32,000 bases of DNA from Pasteurella multocida (GTDB taxonomy: Bacteria > Pseudomonadota > Gammaproteobacteria > Enterobacterales > Pasteurellaceae): contig NZ_LT906458.1 in the NCBI RefSeq assembly GCF_900187275.1, forward strand, positions 2,220,001 through 2,252,000, written 5' to 3'. A program made the position numbers and the translations under genes. The notes under the pieces were generated by a model. It was not told the origin of the DNA. It saw nothing but the letters and a program-made list of their open reading frames with translations, and searched no databases. Below are positions 20,021 through 29,468 of the stretch, piece by piece. How positions within the stretch are numbered: the stretch's first letter is position 1; every line of letters starts with the position of its first letter.

Positions 20021-21670
20021 TTATTTGAAGATGATGTCATCTTTTGGATCGTATTTAGACGCATCTAACACTTTGTTTTCTTCAAAGTATTTTTTCAGCA
20101 TCTCCGCATCGATAAAACCCGTATTGACATAACTTGGGTGTTTTTTCAAGACAGGATAGCCATCACCACCACCGGCGCAATAGTCTGGTACAGATACTTT
20201 ATAGGTTTTGTTTAAATTCAGTGCTTTGCCACCGACTTTGACATCCGATACTTTTTGTGCGGTACGGTCCACTACCATGGAAAGCCCAGCAAATTGTGGG
20301 TAAGCACCGCTATCTACTTGTTTTAATGCCACCACATTGAGGTAGTCTAATAGCTCTTGCCCCGTGAAATCGACAGTGGCAATCATATTACCGAAAGGTT
20401 GTACGGTAAGGAGATCTTTATATGTCGTTTCTCCTTCGTTGATGTCGGTACGAATCCCGCCTGAGTTCATGATCCCCACATCCGCTTTCACACGCTCCAT
20501 TTGTGACTGAGCAATTAAACGTCCTAAGTTCGTTTGGTGGAAACGGATAATTTTACGATCACCGATAAATTTCCCTTTTACTTCCCCCACTTTCACGCCT
20601 AATAAACGATCGCCTTCGTCTTGGTATTTCTTCAAATGGGCAAAGACGGCTGGATCTTCAGCAATTTCAGGCTGATACAGTTTGTATTCTGATTTGCCGT
20701 CTTCCAATTTGATTTTTTGTTTTAAGTTAATTGGAATTAACTCGTATTTCACCAATTTAGTTTCGCCATTTTTGAATTCAAAATCTGCACGACCAATGTA
20801 TTTTCCCCATTCGCCCGCTTGGACAATCCAAGTGCCGTTTTGGAAATCAGGTTTACATGCTTCACCCGGCGTGTATTTCAGTTTGAATTGACCTTGTTCA
20901 TCAATACACACCGTGTCGTGTGTATGACCACCGATAATTAAATCAAATGCGCCTTTATCTAGAGTACGTGCCATGGTGACATCGCCCGGTGCATTATGTC
21001 CGTGTTTACCATCAAAATAGTAGCCCATGTGGGTTAACGCAATACGGATATCCGGTTTTTCGGTTTGGTTAATTTCAGCCAAGGTGTTTTTGGCGGTTTC
21101 AATCGGGTTGTTAAAGATCACGTGATCAACCACATCAGGATTACCTAATTTAGCGGTATCTTCTGTGGTCAAACCAACGACAGCAATTTTGACATCCTCT
21201 TTGTTTAGTATCACATAAGGTTTGACTAAAGGTTTGTTGGTTTTTTTATTGATGACGTTAGCTGAAATGAGGGGGAACTTCGCCCATTTTTCTTGCATTT
21301 CAAGCAATTGCATCGGGAAATCGAATTCATGGTTACCGAGTACTGCTACGTCATAACCAATCATGTTCATACCCTCGATATCAGGTTTCGCATTTTGCAT
21401 ATCAGATTCAGGCACGCCTGTGTTGAAATCACCTGCATGCAGCAAAATCACTGAGCCACCTTTGCCTTCGACTTCTTTACGAATGTTATCAATTAAAGTT
21501 TTATGTGCAGCAAAACCATACTCGCCGTGACTGTTTTTCCAGAAATGACCGTGTGTGTCGTTGGCATGTAATACCGTAATATTGTAGGTTTTGTCTTGGG
21601 TATAAGCGTAAGCTTGACTGATTAACCCTAATGACAGGGCGATTGCACTCAATTTTGTTAATTTTTTCAT
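20021..21670 (-). CDS. ushA: periplasmic bifunctional UDP-sugar hydrolase / 5'-nucleotidase
   Basis: 549 aa from ATG 21670, with an AAGAGG SD upstream. Signal peptide MKKLTKLSAIALSLGLISQAYA. Collinear with E. coli UshA (YTQDKTYNITVLHANDTHGHFW..., GNHEFD, ...GAYPQFAG..., ...GGDGYP...GYVNTGFIDAE). Confidence 0.85.
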   Translation of the reverse strand: MKKLTKLSAIALSLGLISQAYAYTQDKTYNITVLHANDTHGHFWKNSHGEYGFAAHKTLIDNIRKEVEGKGGSVILLHAGDFNTGVPESDMQNAKPDIEGMNMIGYDVAVLGNHEFDFPMQLLEMQEKWAKFPLISANVINKKTNKPLVKPYVILNKEDVKIAVVGLTTEDTAKLGNPDVVDHVIFNNPIETAKNTLAEINQTEKPDIRIALTHMGYYFDGKHGHNAPGDVTMARTLDKGAFDLIIGGHTHDTVCIDEQGQFKLKYTPGEACKPDFQNGTWIVQAGEWGKYIGRADFEFKNGETKLVKYELIPINLKQKIKLEDGKSEYKLYQPEIAEDPAVFAHLKKYQDEGDRLLGVKVGEVKGKFIGDRKIIRFHQTNLGRLIAQSQMERVKADVGIMNSGGIRTDINEGETTYKDLLTVQPFGNMIATVDFTGQELLDYLNVVALKQVDSGAYPQFAGLSMVVDRTAQKVSDVKVGGKALNLNKTYKVSVPDYCAGGGDGYPVLKKHPSYVNTGFIDAEMLKKYFEENKVLDASKYDPKDDIIFK

Positions 21671-21757
21671 GGTAAACCTCTTAAGAGAAAAAAATCCGCT
21701 AACTATATACTTAAAATTTTGTGTCAAGCCAAGTACTTTGCATTAAATTTGTGAGCT

Positions 21758-23014
21758 TTAACCTAAAAATGTCGGTAAAACACCAAATTGAGCAGCAATT
21801 TGTGCCAAAATATTTAACAAACCAAATAAAATCACAAAATAAATCATGAAGTTACCACCATAAACAGTATAGTGGGACTCCGTGAAACGCTGGCGTGTGG
21901 CTTTCGCTAATAGGGCTGGGACAATCGCTGCCCAAATGGTGGCGGCTAAGCCAGCATATCCAATTGCCACGACAAACCCATAAGGGAATTGTAAGCTGAG
22001 CAAGAGCGGTGGCAGAAAGGTCACTAACGTGGTTTTAGTTCGCCCTAAGCTACTGTCATCAAATTTTAATAAGTCCGCAAGGTAATCAAATAAGCCCAAA
22101 CTGACGCCTAAAAATGAGCTTGCAATCGCCATATAAGCAAAGAAATTAAGTACGACGCCCATGTAATCGGTTTGGATATATTGCGATAAGGCTTTTAGTA
22201 AGGCAGCAATATCACCCCCTTTTTCAATGACTGGTGCAAATTGATGGCGAGGTAAATTCCCTTGTACCGCAAGCTGCCAAAATGCATAGATCACGAAGGC
22301 GATACCGGTACCGAGGAAGATTGCTTTGACCACAGATTGAGCATGACGATCGTAGTATTTTACTAAGCTTGGTACATTACCGTGAAAGCCAAAGGAGACT
22401 AAGCAAACAGGAAGTGCAGTGAGAAGATAAGGTAAATAGTGTGTTTCTCCTTGCGCAAGATTATTGAAAAGCACATCACTTCTGACAGAAGCCATGAGTC
22501 CACTCGTGGAAAGAAGAAAGGCGATGATCATGCCACCGATCAGTACAGTGGTAAAACGATCCACGGCTTTAGTTGATAACCAGACAAATCCAGCGAGCAC
22601 GCAACAAAAAAGTAAAGACCCCACGCCGCGTCCAATTTCCACCGTATTGTCAGGGCGGCTGAGAACTTGATTTAAGAGATGTTGGGTAATGCCACCACCA
22701 GATGTGATATAAGCATACGTTAAAATATATAATACAAAAGCGATAGATAAGCCATTGATGAGATTCCAGCGTTTGCCGAGTAAATCTTTCACGATGGTGT
22801 CAAAACTCGCCCCTGTTGGGTAGTGTAAATTGGCTTCAAGGATCATTAAGCCTGACGTGGTCATGCAAAACCAAGTGTAGGCTAATAGAAGAAGAGAACC
22901 GATAAACCAAACGCCTGCTGTAGCAGTTGGATTGGCTAACATACCAGCACCGATCGCTGTACCGGCAATAATCATGGCGCCACCTAAAAGAGAAGGCAAT
23001 TGTTTTGTTGTCAT
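21758..23014 (-). CDS. mtr: aromatic amino acid (HAAAP family) permease, closest in pattern to the tryptophan-specific transporter Mtr
   Basis: 418 aa with about 11 TM helices. SFDTIVKDLLGKRWNLINGLSIAFVLYILTYAYITSGG and FGFHGNVPSLVKYY closely track E. coli Mtr. A TrpR-type operator lies upstream. Confidence 0.8.
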   Translation of the reverse strand: MTTKQLPSLLGGAMIIAGTAIGAGMLANPTATAGVWFIGSLLLLAYTWFCMTTSGLMILEANLHYPTGASFDTIVKDLLGKRWNLINGLSIAFVLYILTYAYITSGGGITQHLLNQVLSRPDNTVEIGRGVGSLLFCCVLAGFVWLSTKAVDRFTTVLIGGMIIAFLLSTSGLMASVRSDVLFNNLAQGETHYLPYLLTALPVCLVSFGFHGNVPSLVKYYDRHAQSVVKAIFLGTGIAFVIYAFWQLAVQGNLPRHQFAPVIEKGGDIAALLKALSQYIQTDYMGVVLNFFAYMAIASSFLGVSLGLFDYLADLLKFDDSSLGRTKTTLVTFLPPLLLSLQFPYGFVVAIGYAGLAATIWAAIVPALLAKATRQRFTESHYTVYGGNFMIYFVILFGLLNILAQIAAQFGVLPTFLG

Positions 23015-23052
23015 AAAAGTACCACTGTGTTGTTATGAGTTCATAAAAAATT

Positions 23053-23072
23053 TGCACTATTTTAATAGTGCA
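23053..23072. promoter_or_regulatory. TrpR-type operator upstream of mtr
   Basis: TGCACTATTTTAATAGTGCA sits within a perfect palindrome, TTTGCACTAT-TTTA-ATAGTGCAAA (23051-23074). The GNACT...AGTNC half-sites have the same 18-bp span as the E. coli trp operator GTACTAGTTAACTAGTAC. It overlaps the candidate -10 element of mtr. Confidence 0.45.
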
Positions 23073-23086
23073 AAAATAAAAAGCAA
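23059..23086 (-). promoter_or_regulatory. candidate mtr promoter
   Basis: On the minus strand, TTGCTT (23086-23081) is followed by 16 nt and TAAAAT (23064-23059). Confidence 0.4.
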
Positions 23087-23147
23087 TGGATTTTTGTTAA
23101 ACAACGCAATTATTTTGGGCGTCTGTTGAGATGAACAGGGCGATATC

Positions 23148-23177
23148 TCGACAAGTTTGTGCGAATAACGCTATAAT
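23148..23177 (+). promoter_or_regulatory. candidate ppa promoter
   Basis: TCGACA (23148-23153) is followed by 18 nt and a perfect TATAAT (23172-23177), 44 nt upstream of the ppa ATG. Confidence 0.5.
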
Positions 23178-23221
23178 TGAGTGCTTTTATTTATAATTAA
23201 CTTGAAATAAGGAATACGAAA

Positions 23222-23749
23222 ATGGGTTTAGAAACCGTACCGGCAGGTAAAGCATTGCCAGATGATATTTATGTTGTGATTGAAATTCCTGCTAATTCAG
23301 ATCCAATTAAATATGAAGTGGATAAAGAAAGTGGCGCGTTGTTTGTTGACCGTTTTATGGCGACAGCGATGTTCTATCCAGCAAACTATGGTTATGTGAA
23401 TAACACATTGTCTTTAGATGGTGACCCTGTTGATGTATTAGTCCCGACGCCATACCCATTACAACCGGGCTCGGTGATTCGTTGCCGTCCAGTTGGGGTA
23501 TTAAAAATGACAGATGAAGCTGGAAGTGATGCGAAAGTGGTGGCAGTACCACACAGCAAATTAACCAAAGAATACGATCATATTAAAGATGTGAATGATT
23601 TACCGGCATTATTAAAAGCACAAATCCAACACTTCTTCGAAAGCTACAAAGCATTAGAAGCGGGTAAATGGGTGAAAGTAGATGGTTGGGAAGGTGTTGA
23701 TGCCGCCCGTCAAGAAATTTTAGATTCATTTGAACGTGCAAAAAAATAA
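23222..23749 (+). CDS. ppa: inorganic pyrophosphatase (family I)
   Basis: 175 aa with an AAGGAA SD. ...[29 protein letters not shown]...[19 protein letters not shown]... is typical of Ppa. Confidence 0.95.
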
Positions 23750-23762
23750 CATTTTTGTTTTA

Positions 23763-23790
23763 ATACCGCTTGAAAGAGCGGTATTTTTTT
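23763..23790 (+). terminator. ppa rho-independent terminator
   Basis: ATACCGCT-TGAAAG-AGCGGTAT followed by a T run. Confidence 0.85.
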
Positions 23791-23812
23791 ATCTAAATTG
23801 AGTGAGGACTTT

Positions 23813-24586
23813 ATGATGAAATTGACTAAAAGGTTACTATGGGTGCCTGCTTTCGCCTTGATATTGCATGCTTGTGCGGATTCTGCCAGTATTAATCAAT
23901 ACTCTGCGTCTTCTTATCGACAAACGATTAATGAGGCTCGTAGTAAAGGTGTGTTAGATACGTCCTCTGCTACGGCCAAACGTATCCATGCGATATTCAA
24001 TAAAATGGTGCCTTATGCGAATGCAGAAAATCAGACAGGGCAACCTTTCCATTGGCAGATGAGTGTAATCAAATCAAAAGAATTAAATGCTTGGGCGATG
24101 CCGGGTGGCAAAATGGCATTCTATACGGGATTAGTGGATACATTGCAATTAACCAATGATGAAATTGCGACGGTGATTGGTCATGAAATGGCACATGCGC
24201 TGAAAGAACATGGCAAGAAAAAAGTCAATATGGGGCAATTTACGGATGTGTTAGCACAAGTCAGTCATATTGCACTTTCTAGTGCAATTGGTAGTGATGG
24301 CAGTGCGATGGTGGTTGGTTTGACCAAAGATTGGGCGTTAGATAAACCTTATTCACGTAGCAATGAAACCGAAGCGGATGAGGTCGGACTTATGTTGATG
24401 GCAAAATCCGGCTTTAATCCACAGGCTGCTCCTCGTGTGTGGGAAAAAATGCAACGGGCATCATCAGGCAGTCGTGGTGTATTAGCTGCGTTATCTTCTA
24501 CCCACCCAAACGATGCAGAACGCCAGAAAAATTTATTACGCCTCATGCCAAAAGCCATGGCACTCTACCAGAACGCAGCAAAATAA
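23813..24586 (+). CDS. M48-family zinc metallopeptidase lipoprotein (YcaL/LoiP-like)
   Basis: 257 aa from ATG 23813, with a GAGGA SD upstream; the track ORF starts at TTG 23798. Lipobox LILHAC. Zinc motif HEMAHALKEH and a downstream ...ETEADEVG... segment. Confidence 0.8.
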   Translation: MMKLTKRLLWVPAFALILHACADSASINQYSASSYRQTINEARSKGVLDTSSATAKRIHAIFNKMVPYANAENQTGQPFHWQMSVIKSKELNAWAMPGGKMAFYTGLVDTLQLTNDEIATVIGHEMAHALKEHGKKKVNMGQFTDVLAQVSHIALSSAIGSDGSAMVVGLTKDWALDKPYSRSNETEADEVGLMLMAKSGFNPQAAPRVWEKMQRASSGSRGVLAALSSTHPNDAERQKNLLRLMPKAMALYQNAAK

Positions 24587-24615
24587 TTATTTCGCTTCGC
24601 TTTGATAAATAAAAG

Positions 24616-24658
24616 AAAATGGGTTAATCCAAATTTTATGGATTAACCCATTTTTATT
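24616..24658. terminator. bidirectional terminator between convergent genes
   Basis: AAAATGGGTTAATCC (24616-24630) pairs with GGATTAACCCATTTT (24640-24654), with T-rich tails on both strands. Confidence 0.7.
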
Positions 24659-24680
24659 ATAAGCTATCGATAAATCCTTG

Positions 24681-25151
24681 CTAGGCGATCCGACTAATCA
24701 AAAAACCAATGATAAAACTGACAACGACAGTAAATAAGGCACTTAATACCAGTGCACGAGTAGCGGTCTTAGTAAAAAAGTGAGGTTTAAATAATGCAGG
24801 ATAAACTCCAGCCAGTGCAGCACCAATAAGCCAGAAAAAATAAATCACCCATATTGCGGCAGCGCCTTTAGGATCATCCATAGTACTGCTTGTTATCGCG
24901 AAGAAAAGAAACAATCCAAACGCAGATAGGGCGCTTCCTGTTACCGCGGCAGGACGGACAAAAAGATAGGGGAACCAAGCGCAAACGAAAGGCAAGCTAA
25001 GAGAGAGAAGATTGGATAGCGCAAAGTACATTAAGTCAGCAGAAGACAAATTGAGTGGCTTATTTAAAAAATAGCTACTGAGAAAAGCATAAGTCATGAT
25101 GATGATTGTACTCAGTACAACACTGATTTGGGCAAGCCGTTTTTCAGTCAT
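24681..25151 (-). CDS. hypothetical integral membrane protein (156 aa, about 5 TM segments)
   Basis: The ORF is hydrophobic throughout and I recognise no motif. It is bounded by terminators on both sides. Confidence 0.5.
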   Translation of the reverse strand: MTEKRLAQISVVLSTIIIMTYAFLSSYFLNKPLNLSSADLMYFALSNLLSLSLPFVCAWFPYLFVRPAAVTGSALSAFGLFLFFAITSSTMDDPKGAAAIWVIYFFWLIGAALAGVYPALFKPHFFTKTATRALVLSALFTVVVSFIIGFLISRIA

Positions 25152-25277
25152 TTTTTATTTACCTTATTGATGAGCAGAAGATAATCGTTAGATATCCTAA
25201 TAGGAAGATAAAAAATGCACAAGTTTTTATGAAAGATGTCCTAGATAAGTACACAAATGAGAGGAATTCTAATAGAG

Positions 25278-25310
25278 AGAAAAAAGTGCGGTAAATTTTA
25301 CCGCACTTTT
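25278..25310 (-). terminator. tonB terminator formed by an inverted USS pair
   Basis: AAAAGTGCGGTAAA pairs with TTTACCGCACTTTT as a near-perfect hairpin, immediately after the tonB stop and followed by a T run. The USS cores are at 25284-25292 and 25300-25308. Confidence 0.8.
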
Positions 25311-26081
25311 TTAATTTGTGATTCTGAAACTGACAGGAACGCTCACTTCATTTGGCATACCAACAGGCAGTGGACCAATTGGACGGGCATTATTGACAGC
25401 TACCAGTGCAGCGTTATCTAATTCTTCTGAGCCGGAAGATTTGCTGATTCGCGCATTACTAATTACGCCGGCATTATTAAGATGGAACGTGATTGTTACC
25501 ACACCTTGTTTGCGCATCATGCGTGCACGGTTTGGATAGCGTTTATGTTTTTCAATTTCTCTGCGTAAAGCCGAGCGATAAGCATTGACTTCATCTGTGC
25601 TATTACCTTTACCGACCAGATTCGGATTATTGGTTGTGATGTTGCCTGTTGTGGTCGCTTGTTGATTGATCGATGAATTAGAATCAATTTGGCGATCTGA
25701 CTTTGGTAAATCACGTTGTTCTTTCTTCGGTTTTTTCGGCTTTTCTTTTGGTTTTTCTTTCGGTTTCTCTTTTGGCTTTTCAGGCTCTTTTGGTTTTTCG
25801 GGTTCTTTTGGTGGCTCAGGTTTTACCGTCGGATCTGCGACTACTTCTTTTGGCAGTTCAGGTTCTACTACCGGAGGCGCCGGCTCTGGTTCCGGCTCTG
25901 GTTCTTCTAAAACGGTAGCCGCCAGCATTTCCATGGAAATATGAGTTGAGATGATATCGGCAGCAAATCCATTCGCGCTGTCATCGTCTTTTTGTACAAT
26001 CCAATACAGGAAAGAGACAAAACTTGCGTGAAAAAGCAATGAAATTGCAAACCCGATGCAAGAACGACTTTTATCTATCAT
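25311..26081 (-). CDS. tonB: TonB energy transducer
   Basis: 256 aa. N-terminal anchor with SLLFHASF, a Pro-rich (EP)n/(KP)n spacer, and the C-terminal TonB domain (...[21 protein letters not shown]...). The start overlaps the exbD stop (ATGA). Confidence 0.9.
   Translation of the reverse strand: MIDKSRSCIGFAISLLFHASFVSFLYWIVQKDDDSANGFAADIISTHISMEMLAATVLEEPEPEPEPAPPVVEPELPKEVVADPTVKPEPPKEPEKPKEPEKPKEKPKEKPKEKPKKPKKEQRDLPKSDRQIDSNSSINQQATTTGNITTNNPNLVGKGNSTDEVNAYRSALRREIEKHKRYPNRARMMRKQGVVTITFHLNNAGVISNARISKSSGSEELDNAALVAVNNARPIGPLPVGMPNEVSVPVSFRITN
25722..25907 (-). repeat. degenerate short tandem repeats encoding the TonB Pro-Glu / Pro-Lys spacer
   Basis: [12 protein letters not shown]...[34 protein letters not shown]. 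At the DNA level these are reiterated CTTTTGG(T/C)TTTTC-like units. Confidence 0.8.
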
Positions 26082-26467
26082 TGAGATGCCTTTTCTTTAA
26101 CCGTCACGATAGCGACATTTTTAATTTCATTTTTAGCCATAATATCAGTGATAGAAACGAAATCTTGGAAACTGGATTTTGCATCTACCTTCAAGGTGAC
26201 TTTTTGATCTTTTTCCCAATTACTGATTTCTTGTTCCAATGCCTCTATCGTAATCGGTTTATCGTGATAAAAAATTTCACCGCTTTCCGTAATAGTCAGC
26301 AATTTGGCTAAATCATCTGAACGAAACGCAACTGTTGAACTTGCTTTTGGTACATTCACTTGGATTTTACCTTGTGAAATAAAAGAGGCTGTAATCAGAA
26401 CGATAGCCAATAGTACCAACATGATGTCAATAAAAGGGATAATGTTGATTTCATCAAACTTTTTCAT
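26078..26467 (-). CDS. exbD: ExbD biopolymer transport protein
   Basis: 129 aa. [25 protein letters not shown] is the ExbD/TolR signature. Confidence 0.9.
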   Translation of the reverse strand: MKKFDEINIIPFIDIMLVLLAIVLITASFISQGKIQVNVPKASSTVAFRSDDLAKLLTITESGEIFYHDKPITIEALEQEISNWEKDQKVTLKVDAKSSFQDFVSITDIMAKNEIKNVAIVTVKEKASQ

Positions 26468-26476
26468 GACGGCTCC

Positions 26477-26935
26477 CTATGCTTGTTGTTTGGCTTTTTT
26501 CTCATTTAAGGCAAACCATTTCAAACGATTAACTTCGACTTTACGTCCTAAACCGTTGTAACACACCATTGCAGGAATGGCGACTAAAATACCTACTGCT
26601 GTGGCTTTTAAGGCTAATGATAAGTGCACCATAATGGCCGCCGCATCAATATCGCCACCGGAGTGACCTAATTCATAGAAAGTTAAGAGAATACCAATGA
26701 CGGTACCAAGCAAACCTACATAAGGTGCATTAGAACCGATTGTAGAGATAGCTGTGAGGTGGCGTTGTAAGTCAATGTCTAATTCATGTATGCTTTCATA
26801 AGATGCCACGTTGACGCGACTTAAGAAAAGAAAGCGTTCAATCACAAGCCAAACCATAATAAAGCTCATGAAGGCAAGTAAGCCTAGAATAATGTAATCA
26901 ATATATTGTTGTAAGAATTGGAATAATTGTGGCAT
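26477..26935 (-). CDS. exbB: ExbB (MotA/TolQ/ExbB proton channel)
   Basis: 152 aa. ...[22 protein letters not shown]...[16 protein letters not shown]... is the family signature. Located upstream of exbD-tonB. Confidence 0.9.
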   Translation of the reverse strand: MPQLFQFLQQYIDYIILGLLAFMSFIMVWLVIERFLFLSRVNVASYESIHELDIDLQRHLTAISTIGSNAPYVGLLGTVIGILLTFYELGHSGGDIDAAAIMVHLSLALKATAVGILVAIPAMVCYNGLGRKVEVNRLKWFALNEKKAKQQA

Positions 26936-26976
26936 TTTAATAATCCTTTAATTTGTATCGCAAAATAAGGTTGAAC

Positions 26977-27004
26977 ATTATACGGTATTGAGAATTAATT
27001 TCAA
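26977..27004 (-). promoter_or_regulatory. candidate exbB-exbD-tonB promoter
   Basis: On the minus strand, TTGAAA (27004-26999) is followed by 16 nt and a perfect TATAAT (26982-26977), 41 nt upstream of the exbB ATG. Confidence 0.5.
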
Positions 27005-27121
27005 TTGCAAGATTCTAGCAAAAGCCAAAAACGGGGTAAATAAGAAATTCGTGCGATTTAGGATGATTATTTATCCAATGTTGAATAAATGTTGTGTTGG
27101 ATCAAACATTCATGTACGGAA

Positions 27122-27151
27122 TAAAAAAGCGATGTCTTGATGACATCGCTT
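27122..27151 (-). terminator. terminator after yfjD/corB
   Basis: On the minus-strand RNA, AAGCGAUGUC-AUCAA-GACAUCGCUU is followed by UUUUAUU. It lies 15 nt after the stop at 27166. Confidence 0.7.
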
Positions 27152-27165
27152 AGCCAGATGTTGAA

Positions 27166-28425
27166 TTAAAGTTTAATGACTTTGGCTTGTTTAATCATGT
27201 TGTCATTCACTTCTAGAATCGTGATTTGTAGCCCATTAATTTCACATACCGTTCCTTCTTCTGGAATTTCTTCTAAATGCTCTAAAATTAAGCCGTTGAA
27301 GGTACGTGCATCTTCGGTATCGAGATTCCAGTCAAATAATTTATTCAAATCACGTAAATTGGCGGATCCCTCAATGATAAGCGAACCGTCTGATTGTGGG
27401 ATAACTTCATCGTTAATTGATGGGGCTGTTGAAGTGGTAAATTCACCGACAATCTCTTCTAAGATATCTTCTAAGGTGACTAAGCCTTTAATATCACCAT
27501 ATTCATCTACAACTAAACCAATCCTTTCTTTATTGTTGCGGAAATTTAATAATTGGCTATTCAGTGGCGTACCTTCAGGAATAAAATACACTTCATCGGC
27601 GGCACGGATTAAAGTTTCTTTGTTAAATTCATTTTTATCGAGCATTAAGCGATAGGCTTCACGTACACGTAACATCCCCAAAATATTTTCATCCATATTT
27701 CCTTTATACAGTACAACACGCCCGTGCGCTGCATGGTTAAGTTGACGCATAATGGCTTTCCAATCATCGTCAATATCAATACCCCCAATGTCATTACGTG
27801 GCACCATAATGTCATCTACGGTGACCCCTTCTAAATCCAAAATAGATAACAGCATTTCTTGGTGGGCGGAAGGAATAAATTTACCTGATTCATTTACGAT
27901 GGAACGTAATTCCTCTGGGCTTAATGAGGTTGATTTATTATCTGATTTTAGACGTAATAGTGCCAAAATCCCCTGAATAATTAAATTCATTAAATAGACC
28001 AGCGGGGTAAAAAGTCGCAGAAAAACGGACAACAAATGACTGGACGTGAATGCCACTTTTTCTGGATAACGGGCGGCGATAGTTTTCGGCAAAATTTCGG
28101 CAAAAATAAGCATCACAAAGGTTAATGCCCCAGTTGCAATGGCGACTCCCGCATCGCCATATAAGCGCATGCCGATAATCGTGGTAATGGCAGAAGCAGT
28201 AATATTGACTAAGTTATTACAAATTAAAATCAGGCTAAGCAAAACATCTGTTTTTTTCAGTAATTTTTCCGCTTTTTTCGCACCTCTATGCCCTTTTTCG
28301 GCTAAATGGCGTAGTCGATAACGATTGGCAGACAACAAACCGGTTTCAGAGCCTGAAAAATAAGCAGAGATGATCAATAAGATGATGAGTGTAATAAAGA
28401 GGGTACTAAGGGGAATACTGTCCAA
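27166..28425 (-). CDS. yfjD: CNNM/CorC-HlyC family transporter (CNNM TM domain + CBS pair + CorC_HlyC)
   Basis: 419 aa. The N-terminus ...ISAYFSGSETGLLS... is the DUF21/CNNM signature, with a CBS pair in the centre and a C-terminal transporter-associated domain. It neighbours ypjD and ffh as in E. coli. Confidence 0.85.
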   Translation of the reverse strand: MDSIPLSTLFITLIILLIISAYFSGSETGLLSANRYRLRHLAEKGHRGAKKAEKLLKKTDVLLSLILICNNLVNITASAITTIIGMRLYGDAGVAIATGALTFVMLIFAEILPKTIAARYPEKVAFTSSHLLSVFLRLFTPLVYLMNLIIQGILALLRLKSDNKSTSLSPEELRSIVNESGKFIPSAHQEMLLSILDLEGVTVDDIMVPRNDIGGIDIDDDWKAIMRQLNHAAHGRVVLYKGNMDENILGMLRVREAYRLMLDKNEFNKETLIRAADEVYFIPEGTPLNSQLLNFRNNKERIGLVVDEYGDIKGLVTLEDILEEIVGEFTTSTAPSINDEVIPQSDGSLIIEGSANLRDLNKLFDWNLDTEDARTFNGLILEHLEEIPEEGTVCEINGLQITILEVNDNMIKQAKVIKL

Positions 28426-28455
28426 AATGCATCCTTTTGCGAGTTAATCAAAAAT

Positions 28456-28499
28456 CGAAAAGTGCGGTCATTTTTTCGTTTTTTGAACCGCACTTTTAC
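28456..28499 (-). terminator. inverted USS pair hairpin after ypjD
   Basis: The USS cores at 28460-28468 and 28487-28495 form an 11-bp stem (plus a bulge), followed on the minus strand by CGATTTT. Confidence 0.55.
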
Positions 28500-28525
28500 T
28501 ATGGCGTAGCATAAATAAATCTTGT

Positions 28526-29329
28526 TTATATTTCAAGCATTACACGACTACCAAAATAGGCGATAGTCAGGAGAATGATACCTAAAAGCGCATAATACAC
28601 CACTTTTTTTCCACGCCAATGGAGCTTCCAATGACCAACCAGTGCACTCCCAAAGACTATCCAAGCCAAGAAAGAAAAAACAGCTTTCTGGATGTCTTGT
28701 GGGGCAAAGGTTTTCGATAAATGGTAGCTCCCTGAAATGAGGACAATCGTGAGTAATATTTCACCTATCAGCATTAAACGAAAAAAATGGCGCTCTACGG
28801 TCATTAACGGTGGAATCATTGGTGAAAAAGGCAGTTTTTTATTTTTTAAGGCGCGATCGATCCAAACTAACTGAATGGAATATAACGCGACAATCGAACA
28901 GACCGAATAAGTCAACAGTGATAAGCCTACATGAATAAATAAGCCCATATCTTGATTAAGATGATATAAAAAATGCGCCGGCATTAAGGTACTGAGGACC
29001 AGATTAATGATGGCGAAAGAATAAATAATCGGTAATAAAAACCATAAAGTGTGTATGCGAAATAAAAACGCTAATGTGGCGATCGTTGCTGTCATAACAC
29101 TGATTAAGGAACTGATTTCGATAACCGAGAAATTTTGACCGCTGGTTAAATCGGTAAAAAGAGGAATAAGATTGATAAAGTGCAGAAGAATGGCGAGTAA
29201 TGCTGCCGTTAAAAAAGGCATCCTATTGGGAACCGATGCGGGTTCGCCCGCTTGAATTTTTAACAACATAGGGGTAATGAGTAAGACACTCAATAGATAA
29301 AAAAACACGGAAAAAATTGAAAGCCACAT
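28526..29329 (-). CDS. ypjD: inner-membrane protein of the cytochrome c assembly (CcsA-like) family, YpjD homologue
   Basis: 267 aa from ATG 29329, with a GAGGGA SD upstream; the track ORF starts at 29374. It is polytopic and divergent from ffh, as ypjD is in E. coli. Confidence 0.75.
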   Translation of the reverse strand: MWLSIFSVFFYLLSVLLITPMLLKIQAGEPASVPNRMPFLTAALLAILLHFINLIPLFTDLTSGQNFSVIEISSLISVMTATIATLAFLFRIHTLWFLLPIIYSFAIINLVLSTLMPAHFLYHLNQDMGLFIHVGLSLLTYSVCSIVALYSIQLVWIDRALKNKKLPFSPMIPPLMTVERHFFRLMLIGEILLTIVLISGSYHLSKTFAPQDIQKAVFSFLAWIVFGSALVGHWKLHWRGKKVVYYALLGIILLTIAYFGSRVMLEI

Positions 29330-29468
29330 TGAAATTCCCTCACCTTTGTTCTCCGTCCATTCTAACTTTCTCACTGTGAAATCGCTATAAATTTATTACA
29401 AAGGATGAAAATCTATGGGATTTCAGTATAATTAGGGCAATTTTTTCGAGATTAAATAGGAAGATTGC

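Noticed and set aside
23123-23138. A second CTGT-N8-ACAG match (CTGTTGAGATGAACAG) in the mtr-ppa intergenic region.
   Set aside because: Only the minimal core matches. The spacer is not A/T-only, the flanks (GT...GG) do not match TA...TA, and it does not overlap either candidate promoter. About 0.5 such cores are expected by chance in 32 kb.
25666-25944. Three overlapping + strand ORFs (FGFSFGFS..., [10 protein letters not shown]..., FFWFFFRF...) opposite tonB.
   Set aside because: They are low-complexity frames created by the antisense of the Pro/Lys/Glu repeat. tonB on the minus strand explains the region.
26983-27105. Possible Fur boxes upstream of exbB: TTGAAATTAATTCTCAATA over the promoter and GGATAAATAATCATCC about 100 nt upstream.
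   Set aside because: My hand alignment gave only about 10-12 of 19 matches to GATAATGATAATCATTATC. In AT-rich promoter DNA that is not distinguishable from background without a scoring matrix.
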